This document shows, in pieces, positions 12,826-26,973 of a stretch of DNA of 64,000 nt (positions within the stretch are counted from its first letter, which is position 1; every line of letters begins with the position of its first letter). Where the stretch lies: contig CT868318.1 in NCBI GenBank assembly GCA_000165425.1, positions 461,067-525,066 of the forward strand, read 5' to 3'. The position numbers and the translations under genes were made by a program. This DNA comes from Paramecium tetraurelia. Lineage: Eukaryota. The notes beneath the pieces were generated by a model. It was given only the letters and a program-made list of their open reading frames with translations. It made no database searches and was not told the DNA's origin.

Positions 12826-13633
12826 TCACAAAAAAGCTTAGATTACCTAATAGTATAATTATTGAAATATACAGTTCCAGAACTTATAGAATAATTTCCT
12901 AATTAATTCTAATCTATCAATTCCCTTCCATTTAAATACAATCTACAAGTGGTCTCTTTTGCAGCCGACAATATGATTTACTTGATTTCCTGTATCGTGG
13001 AAGTGCTTTAAGTTGAAATCTCAAAATCCTATGGCAATTTGCTACTTCGAACTCTCACCTAGATGGTTTTCTAAATTACTTTCAACATGGAAGTTTCGAA
13101 ATTCAGTTCAAATTTGTTATTGCTGCAAAAGGTAGGCTCATTAATTACGAATATCGGGACTTGAAATATATGCTCTTATTTATATAGCAATTATACTATC
13201 TTAAACCAACACTTAAATGGAATTCCCAATCACTTTTAAATTGGCCTCCCCTAGAATTTAAAGAACCAAGGCTATAAAATGGCAAGACTACTTTTCATAC
13301 ATTCATCATCGCACAAAATTGCTTTCTTGATAATTGCCCATTCAGAACAATCTTTACGGCTATCTGGATATAATTTGTAACTCTCTACCCCAAAACTATT
13401 TTTACATTAAATCCCATTCAATTCTGGATAATTTTGTTGTATATTGATTGGTTTTTTTGATTCCTCTTCCAACGAACTTATTTGGGATGAGTGTGAAATT
13501 ATTTGCATATACATGATTAACATTGCTAGGATTATTAATATCTAATAACAGAGCAATATTCTATTGTTCTATCTTCAAAACATACCTCATCTTTCTAAAT
13601 CAAGGTCTAACTCTTATGAGAACAAATACCCAT
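12826..13633 (-). CDS. Ubiquitin-domain-containing protein (UBTD/DC-UbP-like)
   Basis: MGIC start; QFW..W..IKKA and FQVPIFVINEP motifs resembling the DC-UbP domain; C-terminal Ubl (TIQEIKQII...RLYLNGRELID...SGTVIQAFL). Confidence 0.7.
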
Positions 13634-13667
13634 TTTAATTATATTAATTCATATATATATGTTATTT

Positions 13668-14832
13668 TCAAAAGTCTTCATCTTCTCCATCATCATCCAA
13701 ATTCTCAATTACATCCTATTCATCCTCTTCTTCTTCGTCTTCACCTCCACTTAAATCGTCTAAATCATCTACTTTTCCATCCTCATCTAATTCTCCATCC
13801 TCATCCGTATGAAAGATAGTACATCCTCCACATTAATGTCCCTATATAAATTAGTTCCACTTCTTCAATTCTATTTCTGCTTATTTATTTTGAGCATCCA
13901 AAACATTGTCTAGATATACAAGATTTCTATATTTCTCCATATAAATCTAACATATATAAATATATTTAATTTACCTAATATAACTTATCCAATTCATATT
14001 CCTAAATATCATATTCTTCTTAATAAACAGGCTTGACACTAGTCATCCCCTTCAACCTTTTTTCTGCCTATTCTAGTTCCTTTGCCTTTCTCTTGATTTT
14101 TTCATCAATCTGCTTTTGATCACTCTCCAAACCACTTACATATTTAGACATATCTTGAATGTTCGAATCTTACTGTTTCAATATCTATTCAATACACATT
14201 TTAATTTAGGACTGCTCTGATTGCGAGTCTCCACCTCTAGACACATTCTATAAGAATTATAATGCTTTTTCCTAAGTATAGAATTCGAATTAATACTCTT
14301 GCAACTCTCACTTCATCCTCCTTCCCTAATTAATCATATAACCTTGTGGCTAAGTCAGTAATCTCTTATGCCAAGACCTTATGACTCTTAATATTACATA
14401 ATTTAGAGGGGAGAGACTTGGATAAATCAGTTTAATATCTTTACGAATTCATGCACTTCATCCTCTTCTGCAGGCTAAGAGATCTAAGCTTTATATAAAT
14501 AAGTTGAAATTTTAAAAATTTCTTGAACTGCATAAACATCTGCCATATATAATCTCTTTGCATTTATCTTGAGCCTAGCCTTACTAACAAAAAGAGTAGT
14601 AATCTGTTTTATAAATTCAACTCGATGTCGCTATTTTTTAATCTACGCTCATTACTTCCTCATCAATATTGTCCGATATGTCTGCATCAGGTTAGTACTT
14701 CAAGACTAGCCAATATAGGATATCAGCAACCAATTCAAAATTAGGCCTCCTAAAGTTTTCCATTGAAATAATTCTATGATACCCCAAAGCCCTCATTTGT
14801 TCGCAAAAGTTACGAAGTTCTCTATAAGACAT
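13668..14832 (-). CDS. CLUAP1: Clusterin-associated protein 1 / IFT38 (intraflagellar transport complex B)
   Basis: [43 protein letters not shown] matches the CLUAP1 N-terminus; coiled coil, PVFIEEYD motif, acidic tail. Confidence 0.92.
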
Positions 14833-14875
14833 TAGTATTATAAATATTTTAATTATAATATTTATAGCTTAAGAA

Positions 14876-15387
14876 TCACTTAAAGTGAAGAGAATCATAT
14901 TTATTGTATTACTTAGGTTCATTTTCTTTTTAGCCCTCCCTTTTGACTTATTTAAAGCCAATTTTAAGTTTTTACCCTTTTAATTCATCTTAATCTTTTA
15001 CTTTTTTTTTACGATTTTGAAAACTGTAATTCTTCTTCTAAACCATCTAGATTTATACAAATCTCTTTTTCATCCTTCCAGTGACCTCATCCTTAATCTA
15101 AATTGCAAAAGTATTATTATAAAGCCTAATTAAACCATTAAATTTTATATTTGAATTTGATAAATATTCAAAAAGTATACTATAAAGACAAGCATCTTAG
15201 GATTTTAGGTTTTAATCCAATATATTCATAATTTCAAATTTGGTTAAGTTATCAATAATTTGATTTTGTGAATTAAAGTACCAAATATTATTCGCAAATT
15301 TTTGTTACTTTGGTTTATATTCTTTCAACTCTTAAACCTGAATTCATTTGCCATTCGATCTTCCAATTAAGCCATATTATTCTTCAT
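14876..15387 (-). CDS. Small hypothetical protein
   Basis: ATG MKNNMAQLEDRMANEF, one intron-like segment, open code-6 frame to TGA near 14876; no recognisable motif. Confidence 0.4.
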
Positions 15388-15751
15388 AGATGAAATTGAT
15401 GACTTCTAATTTAAATAATTTTATACATTTATACAACAGTTTCATAGATATAAAAGTGAATGGCATGGGTTTACTCAACTATAAAATGTATTTCATCAAT
15501 AGATTAATAAACCTACCTTCACTATCTAATTTTATTATCTTATCAACTCATATATTATATATTTCAGAAACACAAAAACAATAATTTTATATAAATATTT
15601 GCTCTTAAAACCTTGACTTGTCATAGTAAAATGTTCGAGGTTATGTTTAAAATATAAATTTATCCAATTTGAATTAGAATATTATTTATTCCTGATTTTC
15701 AATCTGCTTCATTCAATGACATGTAATTATGAAATTAATTAAAATAAATAC

Positions 15752-17675
15752 ATGAGTAATAATGATGTTTTTTAGATAAAGCTAAATTGAATTTAGTAAA
15801 TCATTATTCTTAGTTTCAAAAAGATCTCCCTTGATTAAAGTTATATATCAAAATGAAATTAGATGATCAACTTAATGTTATAAAATATTATTAATTATTT
15901 GATTTTAAATTGGTTCACTAGAAAGCAGATCTAATTTCTTTACTTTATTTAAGTCAATCCACTTTAAGCAAGTAAATTGAATCATTATTGTTAATAAATT
16001 AATAATAAAGAACAATGAATCTTTTATTGATTTCGATATTCATTTGATTATTAATATTATCGAATAAGATCATATTGCATGATTTATCAAATGAATAGTG
16101 GGAAGTTTTGGAATAACTAAAATTTTCCTTAATTTGATCATAATGAGACTTAGAAAGTTTTGATCTCAACTTTCTACAAATTTGGTTAACGATTAGGTCA
16201 GAAATGTTTTCGCCAGTACATTCTAATTCGGCAATATTTGTTATATTCAGATGTTGGCAATTTTAAGCACATTAAGGGAAGTGTTAAATTGGATGGTGTC
16301 TATGCATCATTTTAAATATCTAATTCAGAATATCAGATATATCTTAAAAATAATGGATTTCAAATTGTGTTATGTACAGACAATACAAATCAATACCAGT
16401 TATGGGCGAAACTCTTATCTAATTGTTGTATACTCACTACATTTAATGAGGATATGATCTTGGGAAAATTGATAGGAAATGGAAGCTTTTCAACAGTATT
16501 TATGCATGTTAATAAGGTTTATGAGGGAAGGAATAAGGAGGGCCATGTATTTGCAATTAAAGCAATACCTAAAACGAGATCCAAAGTCTCAACAATAAAC
16601 AAGTAATACGAAGAGCAGTTGTTAAGTGAAATTTCAAGTTTAAGAGAGTTGGACCATGTAAACATTTTAAAGCTTCATCGAGTTTATGAGACAGCAGAAA
16701 AATTATATTTAGTTACTGAATTTATTCATGGTTATGAATTAATCTCAAAAGCTGCCAGCAAACCCATCTTTCAAGGTTCTGAGTTGAAAAGCTTCATTCA
16801 CCAAATGCTCTTGGCAATTAAGGATATACATTAACACAACATTATGCATAGAGATATTAAGCCGTAGAATATCATGTTAAAAAATGGCCAGCTATCTTAG
16901 CCTTGTCTTATCGACTTTGGGCTGGCTGTAAGTACTAAGAAAAAAGGATTTCCATTTCCATCCTGTGGATCTCCTGGGTATAATTGAGTTAAATTTTCTT
17001 AGTTATTCAGCTCCAGAAATAATAAGATTTGATGAAACCAAAAAAGAATATGGTGGATAGTGTGATATATTCAGTTTTGGTATAACATTAGTTGTTATGT
17101 ATTTCTATCTAATTATGTAAGGCTCTATGGATACAGCCCATTTAAGGCGTAGGATTAAAAATAAACAATAAAGAGAAATGCTGAAGCATATTTTGAATTC
17201 CCTAGTAACATTTACCCATAGGAATGTATGAAATTAAATAAAGCAATATTTAGTAGAACATTTGATTTTGTAGATGACAAAAAAGTATCCTAAAGATAGA
17301 ATCACGGCTGAGTAGGCTCTAAGCCATCCCTTTTTTTAGATTAAACTTAATAAAACTATTCAACTGCCCAAGGCCATTTTATCAAAATAGTAATATGAAA
17401 TGAGCAAAAACTTCAATAATATTAATGTACATGCTAGTTTAGAAATGGACAGAGAGTTCGGATTGAATTATGCCATTCAACTCTGTAGTTGTTCTCCATA
17501 AAATAACAAAAATCGAACTTGCACTTTATCAAGCAATCCAAATAAATTACAATAAATTGATGAATTTCAATTAGACTGTGTTGAAGATTCAATTGATAGT
17601 AATCACATAGATAAGCTTAAGATGGGTCAAAGGCATTTTTATAAATAAAAATCATAAATCAACAGTCAATTTTGA
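15752..17675 (+). CDS. CAMK-like Ser/Thr protein kinase with an N-terminal extension (possibly PH-like); start uncertain
   Basis: IGNGSFSTVYEG, FAIK, HRDIKPQN, DFG, CGSPGYSAPE, DIFSFG, RITAEQALSHPFF; multiple short introns. Confidence 0.85.
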
Positions 17676-17740
17676 TAAAACCTCATTATTTGTTAATTGC
17701 ATAATACTATAATAACAGACATAATTAATTATATTTATAA

Positions 17741-19854
17741 ATGAATTAACAAAGGGATCTTCTAACAATGCCTCTCGTGTTTAATGTCATCAATCTTAAA
17801 GAAAAGGATCCAACTATCTTTTCTTTAACAATTGAAGGCAAATTAACACTCTTACACAAATTAATAAATTCTGTTGATAATGTTAAACAAGTTGTTAATT
17901 CAAAAGATTAAGAAGGTAAAACTGCTTTATTTTATGCTTGGTAATGTTTATATAGATTACTAGCTATTTTAACTTCCAAAATATTGTAATGTTTCTATTG
18001 ATGAAAGGAGCCGATCCATTTATCATATCGACATCTGGTTACAATGTCTTTTATATCTGTGCGTATAGAGGACACATCGAATGCCTTTAGATCATATATT
18101 AAATGCTCAGGCACAATTTGAATATGAGTTCTATGGAAGAACTTAAACATACGATGAAAAAGTATAGATTCAAAAAAACAGATTCTCATCATGGAGAATT
18201 AACATGTTCGGATAAGCATTTAAAATAAGTACAATAGAGATTTCAAGCATTTCAAACTGAGGTTCACGACCAATATTAAAAATATTTGGATTAGAATTTA
18301 TTGCATTTGAATAAAGCTATCTATACAAATGATTAATACTAAAGAAATCCAATTCATTATGCAAGTCTTTCAAAATACACTAAATGTATATAATGTACCA
18401 AGTATTTAATGTTGTATGGATTGAAGATATAAGGATGGGAATTCTTTTATGAAATGTTTATGGAAGTATAACTATTGGAGTCGTCTTCAGACAAAAAAAT
18501 AGACCCCAGATAATATATGCATTATAATGATTTAGCATCTAATTTTATTGAAAAGTACTTTCTTGAATAACAACAATTTAATTTCATGAAAAAAATAAAG
18601 AGTCTATAAAAAGATTTAGCGAATTAATAAGATAGTGATGGTTATGTATGAAAATTATAATTAATTAAAGACTCCTATGCATATTGCATCATTTGCTGGA
18701 GATTTTGCAGCAATTCAATTCTTATTATCAATAGGAGGAGACCCAAAAATTAAATGCAGAAAAAAGCTATTAGATGTGTTGGAGTATGCTTCGAATGATT
18801 CTGTAAGGAAATATTTGATGGATCTAAAAAATGCAGCCAAAGAAGGAGATGAAAAGAGCTTCACATTATTAGTGAATTGTGGATAGAAGGTGAATGGAAA
18901 AGCCACAATCTACGGCATAGCTCCAGTTCATAATGCAATTGAACACACTCATAAGGTCTAAAATAAGGCGATGTTGGATAAGGTACTGGAAATGGAGGCA
19001 GATGTGAATGTCATAGACACAAATGGATGGACTCCCTTGCATCATGCTGCTTTTTATGGGGAACTGGATGCCATCAACACATTATATGAAAGAGGAGCCA
19101 CTTAAAACATCTTCTCAAATAAGGGATACTATCCTTTACATGCAGCAGCTATTAATAATTAAGCAAAGGCAGTTAAATTGTTGATTGAGTTGAGCAAGAA
19201 ATAAAAAGATAAAAGCATAAATAAAAAGGATACAGTTTAATTTGATAGAGGAGGCCATCCTGACTGCTAGGATGATTAATTATGCACTCCGATGCATTTG
19301 GCAGCAAAAAAGGGCTTTGCAGAGGTTGTAAAAGTATTGTTTGAAAATGGAGGCAACATTTATGCATTAGACAATCGAGATTGGACTCCACTTCATTATG
19401 CCTCATTTAATATGCACAAAAATGTAGTTCATATGTTGAGTAGATACGATTCTGATGAAGATAAATATAGTTCAATGCGCACTACAAAAGGGTAAACTGC
19501 TGACCAGATAATGACTAATTCTGATGTGAAGTTTGCATTTAAAAGTAGAGCATTAATAATGATAAGGTAGCATTATGGGGAGCTGCAAGAGACGGTGATC
19601 TAGACACTGTAAGGAAGCTTGTAACATTGAAGCATGATATCAATGAATAGAGTTATGTTAACTAATTTACACCTCTGATTTTGGCAACAAGAGGAAATCA
19701 TTTCCTTGTTGTAAAATATCTTCTATCTTAGAAGGTTGATACAACTCTTAAAGATAAATGTAAATGTATGATATATGTAGATGGTAACACCGCCTAGGAT
19801 TATGCAGTGAAGCAGTAGAATTAAAAGCTAAGGGAGCTATTACAAGGATAATGA
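17741..19854 (+). CDS. Multi-ankyrin-repeat protein
   Basis: GKTALFYA, TPMHIASFAGD, GWTPLHHAAFYGE, TPMHLAAKKGFAEVVKVL, DWTPLHYAS, FTPLILATRGNH; short introns. Confidence 0.9.
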
Positions 19855-20355
19855 AATATAAATAATCTAATGTTAATTCAAATTACTATAATAAAGAATA
19901 CATTTTTTATTTTTAGGAAAATTTAAATTATAATGAACATATCAATAAGTGTTGACTCTGAGAATAAAATATTTTTTATGGTGTTTTTAAGTTAAATGTG
20001 TTTAATTCAGTTAAATAAGTAGATATGCTATAATTTAATTGCTCTGAAAAGGGTGCAAATAATTTGAATATAAGGGTTGGATTGACTACTTTGGATTTGA
20101 CCCTTGAATTATCTCTTAATTTCTCAGTAATCTAACTACTTATTAAGAAATAAATTTGAGACGAAAAGAAATATGGTAAAAAAATTACATGGTTTGTTTA
20201 ACATTATATTATAGATATAATAATTTCTTCTGGAGTGAGATCAGCCTAGAAATTTTTTTCTTTCTAAGGGCCAAAGTGTTTGGTTTAGAAGATTAGATTT
20301 TCAGGTTGAAAGCCGCTTTGGATATTTGATTTTAGATGAAAAATTTATTTTATAT

Positions 20356-23300
20356 ATGAATATCCAAGCATTTTTGGTTCTAATAGTACTGCTAACAATT
20401 GGAGTGAAGACTTAATCTGTTTCTACTGATGAAAAGTGCACATGTTCAACTGTTAAATCGAAATTTGACTGTGTCGCGTTAGGGTGCACTTTCACTCCAT
20501 CTACAACAACAACAGCTGCAACATGTACATCAACACCAACTGCTCTTGCTGTTGTAAGTGTGTATTGTGGTTCCATCTCAACACCAGTCACGAACTGTCC
20601 TAAAACTAAGGGATGCGCTTTCTACGATGGGAAATGCCAACATTTTAGTGGATGCTAAGCCTTTCTTAAAACAACAACTAAAGATTGTTAAGCAATCTCA
20701 ACTTATTGTATATCCGATGGGGTTTCTTGTATTGACCCTAAACCTTGTGAAAGCTATCAAACTCAGGCAATATGCAATACTAATGTTAGTGACACCTCTA
20801 CTTAACTTTGTATTTGGGATGAAACTGCCACTACAAAATGCAGGGCCCCAAAGTGTAGCGAGGCACCCCAGACACTCAAAACAGACATTGAGTGTAACCT
20901 ATTTAAGATGGGATGTGTCACAATAGGATTAGGATGCGCAGATTAAAAGTCTTTATGTTCCTAATACAAATCAGATTGTTACAACATGGTAGGATCTGAC
21001 GGTGTTTGTGGGTCAGCTACAGATGGAACATGTACTGTAAGAAGTTGTGATTCTGCTCCTTTGGAATATACAACAGATGATTAATGCAATTCTTATGTGT
21101 AAGGATGCATCACAAATGGATCTGGATGTTCAAGCAGTCCATTACCCTTTTGTGCAGATTATAAACTAGACGCAGTTACATGTTTGAAGAGAAAAGGAAC
21201 CGATGGAAATTGTGTTGGATCATCTTAGAACGTATGCCAAGTAAGAACTTGTGAAAATGCTCCGGCAGAATTTTTCTCAGCTACTTTATGCAATTAATAT
21301 TTATCAGGTTGTAAGTATAATGGAATCAACTGTGTAAATGATCTACAGAATTGCTCTGCTTATACCGGAACAAAGGATACATGTGCTAAATACATAGGTT
21401 TAACTGGATAATGTTGGGGAGCAGCTACAAATGATTCCACCTCTAATTGCAGAAATAAGATGTGTTCAGATGGAGAGACGAGTTACAATACAGACAAATT
21501 ATGCTCAGATTTCTTACCAAATTGTTTTACCAATGGCTAGGGATGTACAGGAGAGAAGAAGGCCTGTTCAACATATACTGGTACTACTACCACTTGTAGT
21601 AAATGGATTGGATCTGATGGGAGGTGCGAAGGAAGTGATGCTACTACTGATAAACCATGTTAGGCTAAATTGTGTGTGAATGCCAAAGGAGACAATTATG
21701 CGACAAATGATAATTGCAAAGCTTATTAATTTGGTTGTTTGACTAATGGTAGTGGTTGTGTTCAAAGTGATACATGTTTGGCTACTCAAAAATAAGTGAC
21801 ATGCACTGGTACTACTGATTGTTTATGGGGTGGTGTTTGTGTTGATAATGATTGTTCTAAATACAATTCAGTCAGTATGTGTAGCAACAATCTAGCAAAA
21901 GGAAGACCTTGTATTTGGAATGGAACTGTGTGCAGAGAGAAATTGTGTAGTGAAGCTGACAAGGCTACAAATACATCAGATGAATTGTGTGGTAAGTTTA
22001 TGGCTAGATGTGTTTATTCTGGGGATGGCTGCTAAGATACTAATGTTGATTGCACATACTTCAAAGGAGATAAGACTACTTGTCCTAATTTTGTAGCCAA
22101 ATCATAGAAATGTTGGTCGACTAGTGAGACTAAGGCTGCTTGTTCAATTAGATTATGCACTCATAATACAACTGCCACTTCAGATTCTGATTGCTCTACT
22201 TTTCTCAATGGTTGTGTTACTAAAGGTACTGGATGTATAAGTGCTACTGAACCCTGTTCTTCCTACGTTGGATCTATTGATTAATGCAAATAATTCAAAG
22301 GTGAAAATGGAGCCAAAAAGTGCTATAAGGAGGATACTAATTAGTAATGTAGAAATGTTAAATGCATTGACAATTTAACTGCTACAACTGATGGTGAATG
22401 CGATTCCCATTTAACAGGTTGTTTGACAAAAGGAACTGGATGTGTTCCACCTGAGACTCCATGTAGTTAATATCCTGGAAATTCATCAGATGTTTGTTCC
22501 AAATTTACTGGTAATGGAATTCCATGTTGGTGGGAAAATGGTAGCAATTGTGTAGATAAAAAATGTTCTCACAAAACCACAGCCTCAGGAAATGATGATT
22601 GCTCATCTTTTCTCAAAAGTTGTGTCTACAATGGAACTGGATGTTAAGATAAAACATTAGCATGTAGCACATTTTCAGGAAATGAAACATCCTGTTCTCA
22701 ATACATCGGAAATGGATAACAATGTACAAGAAGGAATTCCTGTATCGACAGTGAATGCACCGTAAAAACAGATGCCACATCCCATTAAGACTGTCTTGAT
22801 TACGCTCCCAGTTGTAGATATAGTGGTGTTAGTAACTCCTGCATAAGTGTAGCAAGTGATTGTAGTTCTTATACTACCATGACTGCAGATCTGTGCAATT
22901 CGACTACTAATTCAAGTGGTGGAAAGTGCTATTTTTCAAATTCCGCTTGTGCAAACAGAACATGTGATCTATTGGCTGCAGCTAATTCTCAATCCGACTG
23001 TGATTCATATTTAGCAGGGTGTGTGTGGACAGGTACAAAATGTGCCAGCAAAGTATCTGTTTGTAGCAGTTATACAAATTTTACTTAAGGTGCTTGTTAA
23101 GTAGCAAAGGATTCATCAAATAATTTTTGCTGGAAATCTACATCAGGCACAGGTACTTGCGAAGTGAGAGCATGTTCTCAAGTTTCAAAGAGCACTGCAA
23201 CAGACTGTTAAAATCATCTGAGTACATGCACTTCAAATGGTACCTCTTGTGTTAGCAAATAAGCCAATTGTACATCATACGTAACCACCTTCACTTAGAC

Positions 23301-26300
23301 AGCATGTAAGGAAGCCAAAACTACAGGAGGTGCTTTATGTTGGATGGAAACAGCTGGTCCAGGATCTTGTATAGCTAGATCATGTGATCAGACTATTAGT
23401 AATCCTAGTGTGGCGATTTGTGCAGCTCACATTCCAAATTCATGCACATTTAATGGAACAAACTGTGTAGCCATCCAAGGTTGTACAAGTTACACTGGTC
23501 TTACTATTGCTTAATGTCAATAGATAGTTGGAACCAGTGGGTATCCTTGTCAAAAAACAAGTTCTATTTTAACTGATAGTTGCATCGAGAGATCTTGTAC
23601 TGATGTCACATCACCAAAAAAACAAAGTGATTGCACAGGTTATTTATCGAAATGCACATTTGACGGTACAATCTGTAAGTTAATCTAATCTACGTGTGAT
23701 TAGTATATTGATTTTACTTAAGCTGCCTGTTAAGCTACTGTTACAACAACTGGAGAGAAATGCTGGAAGTAATTTGATGAGATAGGAAAATGTGAAGTGA
23801 GAACATGTACAAATGCTCCAACTTAAACTTCTGAAACAGTTTGTAGATCCCATTTGAGTACTTGCACATTTAATGGCAGTGGGTGTGTTGATTAATAAAC
23901 TACATGTTAAGGATACACAGACACGAATGCTTTGAATTGTTAAAAATTATCAGCTTTCAATGCTGGGGTTGCAACTCCATGTTGGTTGGTTTCTGGTACT
24001 GGTTCATGTATTGATAAATAATGTGTGCACAATACAACTGCAACAACCGATTAAGAGTGTGAAGCTTTCCTTTCTGGCTGTGTTACAACTGGCAAGGGAT
24101 GTACAAGTAATACCACTTTATGTTCACAATTGACTGGAACTCAAGATGGATGTGCTGCATTGGTTGGCAATTTTAAACGATGTAAGGGAGCATCTGATTA
24201 ATCAGGGGAATGCAGTATCAAATATTGTCAAGATAACTCAACTGCTACTAGTGATACTTAATGTACTTCATATATGGCAGGTTGTTTAACAAGAGGAAAG
24301 GGTTGCATTGCATCAACAGAGCCTTGCACTGCATACAAGGGAACTTAAACTTAATGCAATAATTTTAAGGGTGCTGGCAGAACATGCACAAATACAAGTC
24401 AAGCAACTAGTTCCACTTCCTGTATTGAGCGTAAATGTAGTGATAATACAACAGCCACTTCAGACTCGGAATGCTCTACTTTCCAAGTTGGATGTATAAC
24501 GAATGGTAAGGGATGTACATCATTAACATCTTAGTGTACTTCATTTTTTGGAACCTAATCATCATGCTCATCTTTTGTTGGAAATTCTGGAAAATAGAAA
24601 TGTTATGGCACATCAGTTTCAACTCCTTCAGCTTGTGCAATTAGAGTTTGTACTCATAATACAACATCAATAACTGATAGTGAATGTGAGTCATTCTTGA
24701 CTGGTTGTATCACAAATGGCAAAGGATGTGTGTTACCTTAGGCCTGTTCTGCATTTTAAGGAACACGAATATCCTGTTAAACATTTTCTGCTTCTGATAA
24801 ACCATGCAAAGGTGTGAGTTCAACAATTGTGGGTGCTTGCAAGGCTGCTACTTGTTAAGATGCTCCAAACAATTATGACACAGACGAATAATGCGCGAAA
24901 TTCAAGACAGGTTGTGTCACAAATGGGTTTGGATGTGTCAGTTCAATAGCCTGTAAAAACATACAATCAGAAAAGTCTTGCACAGCAAATTCATCTTGTT
25001 CTTTCATTGGCTCATGTAGAAGTGTTGCATTAGCTTCTTGCACTACATTTACAGATGCCTCAACATGTGTATCTACACCAGTGAAGACTTAGATTGGAAG
25101 ATGCTCTTGGGATACTACCACTAATGGATGTAGAAATTGGTAATGCAGTGATGCTCCATTGAGTGTCAATACTCATGCTGGATGTCAAGCACTCAATCTT
25201 AGCTGTACAACTAGGGGAAGTGGTTGTGTCACTAAAGCTTAATGCAGTGAATATTTGGATCAATCCATTTGTCTATCAGCCAAGTCAATTCTGGATGATA
25301 CTTGTGTTTGGGACACAACTACAACTACTAATGTGTGTAGAAAAAGAAATTGTTCCGATGCTCCAAAAGCATTGAAGACTGATGAAGGATGTGCTGCATA
25401 TTTACCTGGATGTTTAACTACTGGTTACGGCTGTGCTGCTCCACCCTTTGATTGCACTGCCAACATTACATAAACAAGGTGTTTAGTAGATTCTACTGGT
25501 AACCCTTGCATTTGGCTCAACACTTCAAATAAATGTTAAAATTACACTAAGTGCACTGACATCCAAAAAACCACATTCCAAGAATGCCAAGCCTTTTCAT
25601 TGTTCTGCACTTCTGATGGAATTAATTGTGTGCCTTTCAGTCTTTGTGCTTATTACACAACACCCAATAGTTGTTTGTAAGGAACTGATGGTCTATGTGG
25701 TTGGTAAGCAGATACCAATAAATGTATCAAATTTAATTCATGTGAACAATTTGTCTCCACACTCACAACTTAATGTTCGACATTCAATTCCAATTGCATA
25801 AGCAATGGTAAAGCCTGCATAACAAAACTCAAATGCAGCGAATATACAGTCGAAATGGCATGCCAATCAGGAGGAACCGATGGATTTTGTAAATGGGAAA
25901 ACAACAAATGCAGAATCAGACAATGTTCTGATGCCACCGAAGATACAACTGTTTTTGAATCATGTTGGAAGTTCAGTGCAGAGAAAGTATGTACTACAAA
26001 TGGTTCTAAATGTATCGACATTACCAATTGCAGTACCTATGGCAAAAACTATTGCAAATTGGGAACAGATGGATATTGTACTTATGATGATACCAACTCA
26101 TTGTGCAGACCTATGATATGCTCTGATAACAAAGATACAACTAGTGCAGTATGTTTAAAGAAAGTAGGTCTTAAATGCGTCTCTGATGGAACTAAATGCA
26201 TCGACATTGCTAAATGTTCAGCCTATTCAGACAAAGAAGCCTGCAATGGAGGAGGCACTGATGGAGTCTGTGTTTTCTCCCCATCCCAAAATAATCCTTT

Positions 26301-26727
26301 AGTCGGAATCTGCAAATTAATGACTTCCTGTTAAAGTGCTGCTCAAGATCAAATTGCTTGCTCAAAAGCACCTTGCATTTTCAGTAACAACGCTTGTGGA
26401 CCTTAAACTTGTGCTTCTTAATAGCAAGGTACCAAGTGTAATTCCATTCAATCATTCGATAAGAAAACCATCACTGTTTGTGTTCCTGATGGAAATGGGG
26501 GATGTTCATAAGGAGATGCCTCATCACTTTCTTCAAGTTTATGCTTTGAATTGAGTGGCAGAACATATTCTTGGAACCCATCCAAGAGTAAATGTGAAAA
26601 GTGTGCTAAGGCTAACAACAATAATTCTACAGATACTCCAGATGACGGTGATGGAGAAGAATAAACAACCCACGCGGTTTCTTTAACAACAGCATTCCTC
26701 GTCTTATTTAGCTTTATTTCAGTTTGA
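20356..26727 (+). CDS. Paramecium surface-antigen (immobilization antigen)-type protein, about 2123 aa, predicted GPI-anchored
   Basis: Intronless 6372-nt code-6 ORF; signal peptide MNIQAFLVLIVLLTIG; periodic Cys/Thr/Ser-rich units (C..FL.GC.T.G.GC, CxW); hydrophobic C-terminus AVSLTTAFLVLFSFISV. Confidence 0.9.
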
Positions 26728-26973
26728 GATCTTTATTTTCATTGATTAAAATATTCAATATAGTTTATTTAAATTAGTATTTTTAAGTCTCTATTCAAAA
26801 TTAATGGACATTGATAAATGATTTCATATTTTTATGAATTCTCTCTTATTGAGTTAAGAATTTCACATAATACAATTATATGTTATTCACTATCTGATTT
26901 TATTAATTTAAACAATTAAATTACATATGCATTATTAAATATAATCATAAACAAAATTTAATATTGAATTAAG

